Below are positions 57,769-64,000 of a stretch of DNA of 64,000 nucleotides, in pieces (the stretch's first letter is position 1; every line of letters begins with the position of its first letter). Source of the DNA: an uncultured Acidimicrobiales bacterium (lineage in GTDB: Bacteria > Actinomycetota > Acidimicrobiia > Acidimicrobiales > UBA10347); the NCBI GenBank assembly GCA_943788915.1, contig CALSSD010000010.1:124001-188000 (forward strand), written 5' to 3'. Below the pieces are notes generated by a model that ran no database searches, was not told the DNA's origin, and saw only the letters and a program-made list of their open reading frames with translations. Made by a program: the position numbers and the translations under genes.

Positions 57769-57914
57769 TGGACTACTTGGGTTATCTCATCGCAGGCTGG
57801 GCAGTTGTGCTCGGCGCGGTTGCGGTATATGCCGTGTCGCTGATTCGCCGAGGCAAGGCGTTAAGTGCCCGGGTCCCCGCTGACCGACGTCGATGGATGA
57901 CGACCGATGGCTGA
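57768..57914 (+). CDS. ccmD: CcmD-like small membrane protein (48 aa)
   Basis: VDYLGYLIAGWAVVLGAVAVYAVSLIRRGK...; TM plus basic tail between ccmC and ccmE. Confidence 0.7.
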   Translation: MDYLGYLIAGWAVVLGAVAVYAVSLIRRGKALSARVPADRRRWMTTDG

Positions 57915-58512
57915 CGACACTGATTTCGAGAACCCAGACATCGATAACCCAGACATCCCGAACGACACCGGTCTAGATCTCACGCCCCGCGCCGTCGATG
58001 TGGCAGCAGGGCAACGCCGCAAGCGGATTCTGCCCATGCTGGTTCTGGCCGGCGTTGTTGTGGGCCTGGGTTTCGTCCTGTTACAGACCCTTGGTAGCGC
58101 AGCGCTGTTCTTCTACAACGCCGATGAAGCTGTTGAACGGCGAGACGAACTCGTCGAGCAACGTTTCCGAGTGCAGGGCACACCGTTCGGTGAACCCGTG
58201 GCGGTCGAGATCGACCGCAATGGTCGCCAAGAAGTCGGCGTCGCCTTCCCGATCCGTTTCGACGGCACCGTGGTCGATGTTGTGCACATTGGGTCACCCG
58301 CCGAGCTGTTTCAGCCGGGCGTGCCAGTCGTGCTCGAGGGCACATGGCAACCAGGTTTACCCGGCGGAGTCGATGCCCTCGGCCAAGGAGCGAACGACGG
58401 CTGGCATTTTGCGAGCACCGAGATGATCGTGAAACACGACAATGAATACCGCAACGACAACGAAGAACGGATAAACGAGGCCGACACCGGCGGCTTCGCT
58501 CCTGAAACATGA
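57907..58512 (+). CDS. ccmE: Heme chaperone CcmE
   Basis: LFFY, FRVQG, PAELFQPG.PVVLEG, VKHDNEY (HxxxY). Confidence 0.92.
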   Translation: MADDTDFENPDIDNPDIPNDTGLDLTPRAVDVAAGQRRKRILPMLVLAGVVVGLGFVLLQTLGSAALFFYNADEAVERRDELVEQRFRVQGTPFGEPVAVEIDRNGRQEVGVAFPIRFDGTVVDVVHIGSPAELFQPGVPVVLEGTWQPGLPGGVDALGQGANDGWHFASTEMIVKHDNEYRNDNEERINEADTGGFAPET

Positions 58513-58582
58513 TCTTCGCCTCTTCCGAAGGGGCGTGTAGCAGGTGCACGTCCTTTGCTCCGCTGCAAGCTGAGAGCACACC

Positions 58583-60610
58583 GTGAACGTTGCCATCGGC
58601 GACGCCGGTGTCGTCGTCGCATTTGTCGCGTCGATCGTCGCATCGGTCACGTTGCTCGTCGCGCTACGCAACGATGATGCACGGCTTCGACGAACCGGTG
58701 TGCAGGTCGCCTGGCTAGTAGTTATTGGCGCAATTGTTGGCTTCGTCGCGTTAGAACGTGCGCTCATTACCCGTGACTTCACCGTCAAATATGTCTTCGA
58801 CAACGGCAGTCATCGCACCCCTCCGATCTACAACTTCGCCACCGCGTGGGCCTCGCTCGAAGGTTCCATTCTGCTGTGGGGACTTGTGCTGGCCGGATAC
58901 GTCGGGGTGGTGCTCACAAAGTTCCGCAGTCGCATCGCCGATCCGTTAGTGACCTGGGCGCTGGTTGTCGTGCTGCTGGTTACGGCCTTCTTCTTTGCGC
59001 TTATGCTCGGACCGGCTGACCCGTTCATCAGCGTCGAACTGCCACCCGGTTTCGTCGACGGCCCTGGCCCGAACCCATTGCTCCAGAACAATGTGCTCAT
59101 GGCCGTTCATCCCCCCATGCTCTACCTCGGCTATGTCGGATTCACCATTCCGTTTGCGTTCGCCATCGCCGCGCTGATCACGGGCCGAGTCGGCGAAGGC
59201 TGGCTTGTTGAGACCCGGCGCTGGACCTTGTTTGCCTGGGGTTTCCTCACGCTTGGCATCGTGCTTGGTTCGTGGTGGAGCTACGACGTGCTTGGATGGG
59301 GCGGCTACTGGGGTTGGGATCCGGTCGAGAACGCTTCGTTCCTGCCGTGGCTTACCGGTACTGCGTATCTGCATTCCGTGATGATCCAGGAACGACGAGG
59401 CATGCTGCGTGTCTGGAATCTTTCGTTGTTGTGCGCCACGTTCAGCCTGACGATTCTGGGAACGTTCATTACCCGTTCTGGTGTTCTTGAATCGGTGCAC
59501 GCGTTCAGCGAGAGTTCGATCGGCCCGCTGTTCTTGGCCTTCTTCGGCGTGATCGCTGCGGTGTCTATTGGTTTGATTGGCTGGCGTGGCGACCGGTTGC
59601 GAGCGCCGGGCCGCATCGACTCACCTATCAGCCGCGAGGGTTCGTTCTTGGCGAACAATCTGCTCTTTGCTGTCTTTGCATTCGTGATCCTGCTCGGCAC
59701 GGTTTTCCCGTTGATTGTCGAGGCGGTGCAAGACGAACGCATCTCGGTCGGGGTTCCGTACTTCGAACGCATGACAATGCCGGTGGGCATGGTCATGTTG
59801 TTCCTGATGGCCGTTGCACCGGTACTGCCGTGGCGTAAAGCAAGCGGTGAACTACTTCGCAAGCGGCTCGAGTGGCCAGCATGGTTCGCTGTGGCCTCAC
59901 TCGTGTTGGCCGTGTTCGTGGGGGCTCGTGGCCTTACGCCGCTGATTGCGTTTACCTTGGCCGGGTTTGCGGCTGGTGCGGCGCTCCGTCAGATCGTTTT
60001 GGCTACCCGCCGTAACGGTTGGCGTGGATTGGTCGGTCGCACCAATGGCGGCATGATCGTGCATCTTGGTGTGATCATTGTTGCGATTGCCTTTGCGGCG
60101 TCGAACAGTTATTTGCGCCAGACCGAAGTCACGCTGACCGCGGGCGAGGCGATCGAGTTTGCGGACATGTCCTTCCAATACGAGGGCATCGAGATCCAGG
60201 ACCTGGCAGAGAAACGCATCACCTCCGCGCTGGTAGTCGTGAATGGTGAAGAGCTCCGCCCAGCCATCAATCAGTTCTTTAGCGGGCAGTCGATTGGGAC
60301 ACCCGACACACTGGGCGGGTTCACTCGCGATACCCAGATCGCGCTCATTGCCCTTCCCGAAGATGATGACCAGGTCGTGATCCGTATCACCACGCAACCA
60401 CTCATCGCGTGGTTGTGGATCGGCGGCGTGCTCATGGCCGTCGGCACGGTCTTCTCTGCGTTTCCACATCGACTGCATCGGCGTCCTACCGACCCGGTTT
60501 CGGCCGCACCTGGTGCTGTGGGTAGTCCTCCACATCCAGACGCTGACCATCTCCAAAACGCGGTTGATCCGGCCGACCCGATCGAGCCAGTTCCCGTCCC
60601 GAGCCCATGA
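58583..60610 (+). CDS. ccmF: Heme lyase CcmF
   Basis: WASLEGS, HPPMLYLGY, WGGYWGWDPVENAS, TRSG..SVHAF. Confidence 0.95.
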   Translation: MNVAIGDAGVVVAFVASIVASVTLLVALRNDDARLRRTGVQVAWLVVIGAIVGFVALERALITRDFTVKYVFDNGSHRTPPIYNFATAWASLEGSILLWGLVLAGYVGVVLTKFRSRIADPLVTWALVVVLLVTAFFFALMLGPADPFISVELPPGFVDGPGPNPLLQNNVLMAVHPPMLYLGYVGFTIPFAFAIAALITGRVGEGWLVETRRWTLFAWGFLTLGIVLGSWWSYDVLGWGGYWGWDPVENASFLPWLTGTAYLHSVMIQERRGMLRVWNLSLLCATFSLTILGTFITRSGVLESVHAFSESSIGPLFLAFFGVIAAVSIGLIGWRGDRLRAPGRIDSPISREGSFLANNLLFAVFAFVILLGTVFPLIVEAVQDERISVGVPYFERMTMPVGMVMLFLMAVAPVLPWRKASGELLRKRLEWPAWFAVASLVLAVFVGARGLTPLIAFTLAGFAAGAALRQIVLATRRNGWRGLVGRTNGGMIVHLGVIIVAIAFAASNSYLRQTEVTLTAGEAIEFADMSFQYEGIEIQDLAEKRITSALVVVNGEELRPAINQFFSGQSIGTPDTLGGFTRDTQIALIALPEDDDQVVIRITTQPLIAWLWIGGVLMAVGTVFSAFPHRLHRRPTDPVSAAPGAVGSPPHPDADHLQNAVDPADPIEPVPVPSP

Positions 60611-60620
60611 ACAATCCCGA

Positions 60621-61160
60621 ATGAAGAATCGCAGCGCAATCGCTGCCGGGATCGTTGGCCTCGTGCTTGTGGTGCTGGTTGTGCTCTTGGCCACCAGCGA
60701 TACCGAACGGACCGGTTCCGTGAACTTTGAAGTAGTCGGTGATGTGGCACCCCAGATCGAGGGCCCGACACTCGATGGTGGGCAGTACTCATTGCGAGCC
60801 GAACGGGGCGACTGGGTTGTCGTGAACTTCTTTGCATCGTGGTGTGTGGGGTGTCGAGTCGAACACCCCGAGTTGGTGGCGTTCAGCGAACGGCACCAAG
60901 ACGATGGGGTGCAAATCGTTGCTGTCATGTTTGGCGACACTGAAAACGATGCTCGAGATTTCTTTGAGGAACTCGGCGGGGACTGGCCAGCGTTAGTCGA
61001 GGACACCGGATCGATAGCGATCGACTACGGCGTGACAGCAGTTCCGGAGACCGTGCTGGTGTCACCGAGTGGACGTGTCGTGCAGAAATGGATTGGCGCT
61101 CGTGGTGTCACCGCAGACGCGCTCGACGCAATGATCGCTCAGCTCGAAGGGGGCGGCTGA
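60621..61160 (+). CDS. ccmG: TlpA/CcmG thiol-disulfide oxidoreductase
   Basis: NFFASWCVGCRVEHP, YGVTAVPET. Confidence 0.88.
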   Translation: MKNRSAIAAGIVGLVLVVLVVLLATSDTERTGSVNFEVVGDVAPQIEGPTLDGGQYSLRAERGDWVVVNFFASWCVGCRVEHPELVAFSERHQDDGVQIVAVMFGDTENDARDFFEELGGDWPALVEDTGSIAIDYGVTAVPETVLVSPSGRVVQKWIGARGVTADALDAMIAQLEGGG

Positions 61161-61161
61161 T

Positions 61162-61647
61162 ATGGCCAGAACTGGCTTCAAAGAGCAGTGGCGATGGTTG
61201 TCGTGGGTACTCATGGCAATCGTTGGTATCGCTGCCCTCATCGTCGGTGCGACTGCCGATGGTGGCCCCCAAAGCGACGGCGAACGGATGTCGGAGTTGG
61301 CGTCCACAATTCGTTGTCCGCAGTGTCGCGGGCAATCCGTCGCTGAGTCCAACGTTGCCATTGCGCGCGAAATTCGGGGCGACATTCGAAACCGCATCTC
61401 GGCAGGTGAGTCCGACGACGATATTCGTCAGGTCTATATCGACCGCTACGGCCGTTCGATCGTGCTGAACCCCGACAGCGGCGGATTCACCGGCCTGGTT
61501 TGGATCGTGCCCGTACTTGCTGCCGGGTTGGCCACCGCTGCGATAGCGCTGGCCTTCCAACGATGGCGTATCGAAGCCAGTTCCGTCGCGTTCGCGAGCG
61601 ACGAAGACCACGAACTCGTCGCCAAACTCCGACGAGAACGCCGGTGA
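61162..61647 (+). CDS. ccmH: Cytochrome c biogenesis protein CcmH
   Basis: IRCPQCRGQSVAESN, RYG, VW..P. Confidence 0.9.
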   Translation: MARTGFKEQWRWLSWVLMAIVGIAALIVGATADGGPQSDGERMSELASTIRCPQCRGQSVAESNVAIAREIRGDIRNRISAGESDDDIRQVYIDRYGRSIVLNPDSGGFTGLVWIVPVLAAGLATAAIALAFQRWRIEASSVAFASDEDHELVAKLRRERR

Positions 61648-62814
61648 GCGAGACAGCGGCCAAACCGTCGCTCGATCCCGACGTCTTGGCTGCGCTAGAA
61701 CGCGAACGCGACTTCTCTGCTGCGTTCGCTCGACGATCTCGATGCGGAGCGTGCCGCTGGAGACCTGGACACGTCCGACCACGCTGCACTAGCCGACGAT
61801 TACACCCGCCGGCTGGCCGAAGTCGCTCGTTCGATCGACGAGGAACGGACGGCGTTCGATCAGGTCGACACCAAACTTGATACTCGCCAACGAGTGTTCA
61901 CCGTGATTGGCATCGTGGTGCTTGCAGTCTTGGCAGGTGTGTTGCTGGGACAGGCCTCGGGCTTCCGAAGCCCAGACGACAGCGTGACCGGCGATATCAG
62001 GCAATCATCCGCTGGTCTGTTGGCCGAGGCGGACACACTCACGCGCGAGCAGCGTTGGCCCGAAGCCATCGAGGTCTATGACGAAGTGCTCGACGTCGCA
62101 CCAGGCAATGTCGAAGCGCTGACCTACCGAGGGTGGCTTACAGCCAGGCTCGGCGACGACGAGACCGCGCTCCTCGACCTGCGCGAGGCGGTCGCTGTCG
62201 ACCCTACCTATCCCGATGCCCGTGTCTTCTCCGCGATCGTGCTCGACAATCAACTCCGGTTCACCGAAGCCGCTGCGGAGCTCGCCGCCTTCGACTCGCT
62301 AGACCCGCCCGAAGACATGTTGATGCTGGTTGAACAGTTTGACTTGCGCGTTTCTGTCGCTGCAGGGCAGATCAATCAGGTGTTCAGTCCGCTCGAACCG
62401 GGCGAGACGGTCGACCTGTCACAGATAGACGCATCTCTCGACGTCATAGCTCGGGCAGGGGCGCGACTCTCACAGTTGGGCGACATCGTGCTGGCTCAGG
62501 CCACATTCAGTGCAGTGCTGGCCGAGGATCCCGAGCAGCTCATCGCTCTTGTTGGCAAAGGTCAGCTTGCGAGGCAAGCGGAAATCACCGACCTGAATCC
62601 TGAACTGGCTTCGGAGGCCATGCAGGCCCTCGACGAGGCCGTGCGGCTGGCGACGTCGCAAGACGAACCGGTCATTCGGTTGTATCGGGCCGACGCTCGG
62701 CTGGCCCAGGGCGACGCCGACGGAGCGCTCGAAGACCTCGAGGCCGTCGACCGCGTCGTGTTGTCACCGGACCTGCAGGCGCTCTACGACCTGCTGGCAC
62801 GTTCCCTCAACTAG
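61644..62814 (+). CDS. CcmI/CycH-like TPR membrane protein, +1 frameshift at ~61716
   Basis: LERERDF / LLRSLDDLDAERAAGDL...TM...TPR repeats (P.NVEALTYRGW). Confidence 0.75.
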
Positions 62815-62909
62815 GCCAGCCCCACCCCAGACATCTGTGAGCCTCAGACCGCGCATAACGCGGCGAGATCGTCCCAAATCATGGGGGAATCATGGGGGAA
62901 GGGAGAGAG

Positions 62910-63977
62910 TCAGACGCCGTGATTGGTTTCGTACCAGGGTTTGATCGAGTTGTTGATCATTTCGATACGTTCGTCAAACGGGATGAACGCACTCTTCATG
63001 GCGTTTACCGTCATCCACCGAACCATCTTCCAGTCCCAGCCGAAGGCGGCTGCGCACGCCGCGAATTCGTGCGACAGGCTGGTTGCGCTCATGAGTCGGT
63101 TGTCGGTGTTCATCGTGATGCGGAACGACAGGTCGGTGAGCAGCCCGATCGGATGCTCCTCGATTGATTTCGCGGCGCCGGTGTGGACGTTGGAGGTGGG
63201 ACAGACCTCGAGCGGGATACGGCGATCGCGGACATACGAGGCCAGCCTGCCCAGATCGACTGATCCATCTGCGTGCACCGTGATGTCATCGACAATGCGA
63301 ACGCCATGCCCCAGACGTTCAGCGCCGCAGTACTGGATGGCTTCCCAGATAGAAGGCGGGCCGTACGCCTCGCCGGCATGGATCGTGAAGTGGAAGTTCT
63401 CTCGTTGGATGTACTGGAACGCATCGAGATGTCGAGTTGGCGGGTTACCCGCTTCGGCACCCGCAATATCGAACCCGACCACGCCCTGGTCTCGATGTCG
63501 AACCGCCAGTTCAGCGATCTCTAACGAACGAGCGGCATGGCGCATAGCGGTGACCAGCGTGCCGACCCGGATGCCCTTACCCGCAGAGCCGTCGGCAAAA
63601 CCGTCGACGACTGCCTGGACGACGTCGTCGAGGCCCAGACCGTTTTCGACATGTAGCTCGGGAGCGAAACGGACCTCGGCGTACACAATGCCATCGGCCG
63701 CCAGGTCCTCGGCGCACTCGGCAGCAACGCGGTAGAGGGCATCGCGACTCTGCATGACACCAACGGTGTGGGCAAAGGTCTCAAGGTACAACGTCAGATC
63801 GAGTCGGCTCGCCCCTCGGACCATCCATGTCGCGAGTTCGTCGGGATTGCTCGTAGGCAGTTCATAACCCGAGTCTTTCGCAAGGTCCACTACCGTCGAC
63901 GGGCGCAAACCGCCATCGAGGTGATCGTGAAGGAGGACCTTGGGTGCGACGCGTACTTCGTCGGTCGTGAGTTCCAT
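62910..63977 (-). CDS. add: Adenosine deaminase
   Basis: [40 protein letters not shown]. Confidence 0.95.
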   Translation of the reverse strand: MELTTDEVRVAPKVLLHDHLDGGLRPSTVVDLAKDSGYELPTSNPDELATWMVRGASRLDLTLYLETFAHTVGVMQSRDALYRVAAECAEDLAADGIVYAEVRFAPELHVENGLGLDDVVQAVVDGFADGSAGKGIRVGTLVTAMRHAARSLEIAELAVRHRDQGVVGFDIAGAEAGNPPTRHLDAFQYIQRENFHFTIHAGEAYGPPSIWEAIQYCGAERLGHGVRIVDDITVHADGSVDLGRLASYVRDRRIPLEVCPTSNVHTGAAKSIEEHPIGLLTDLSFRITMNTDNRLMSATSLSHEFAACAAAFGWDWKMVRWMTVNAMKSAFIPFDERIEMINNSIKPWYETNHGV

Positions 63978-64000
63978 ACCAGAGTCTAATCAGGCGATGT

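Overview
High-GC, gene-dense chromosomal window, most likely from an actinobacterium of the Acidimicrobiia type. That assignment is inferred from gene content (class E sortase, NiSOD, septum-formation lipoprotein, LLM and acyl-CoA dehydrogenases), not from a marker gene. It holds about 65 CDS: fatty-acid and flavin enzymes, sodN-sodX, an ECF sigma/anti-sigma pair, a Liv-type ABC transporter with two permease pairs, a two-component system, an SF2 helicase, a purine block (two PLP enzymes, xanthine-dehydrogenase-like subunits, hpt, guaB-like; deoD and add elsewhere), and a full System I cytochrome c maturation operon. I saw no rRNA, tRNA, CRISPR array, transposase or integrase. The strongest leads are four. 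(1) A dense, roughly helically phased CTAG array upstream of an unannotated coiled-coil plus winged-helix gene with Rok-like architecture. (2) A local ECF regulon readable from the sequence, with GGRACCA-N16-CGT upstream of the sigma gene and two secreted Pro/Thr/Cys-rich proteins. (3) A 50-bp tandem array between sodN and sodX that forms a chain of ATGA-coupled 17-aa mini-ORFs. (4) An operon joining two uncharacterised PLP enzymes to an XDH-like molybdoenzyme. Several single-base frameshifts between 37 and 62 kb may be sequencing errors. Gene remnants occur at 0.7 kb and 10.4-13.0 kb. All product calls are motif-based by eye, with no database search.
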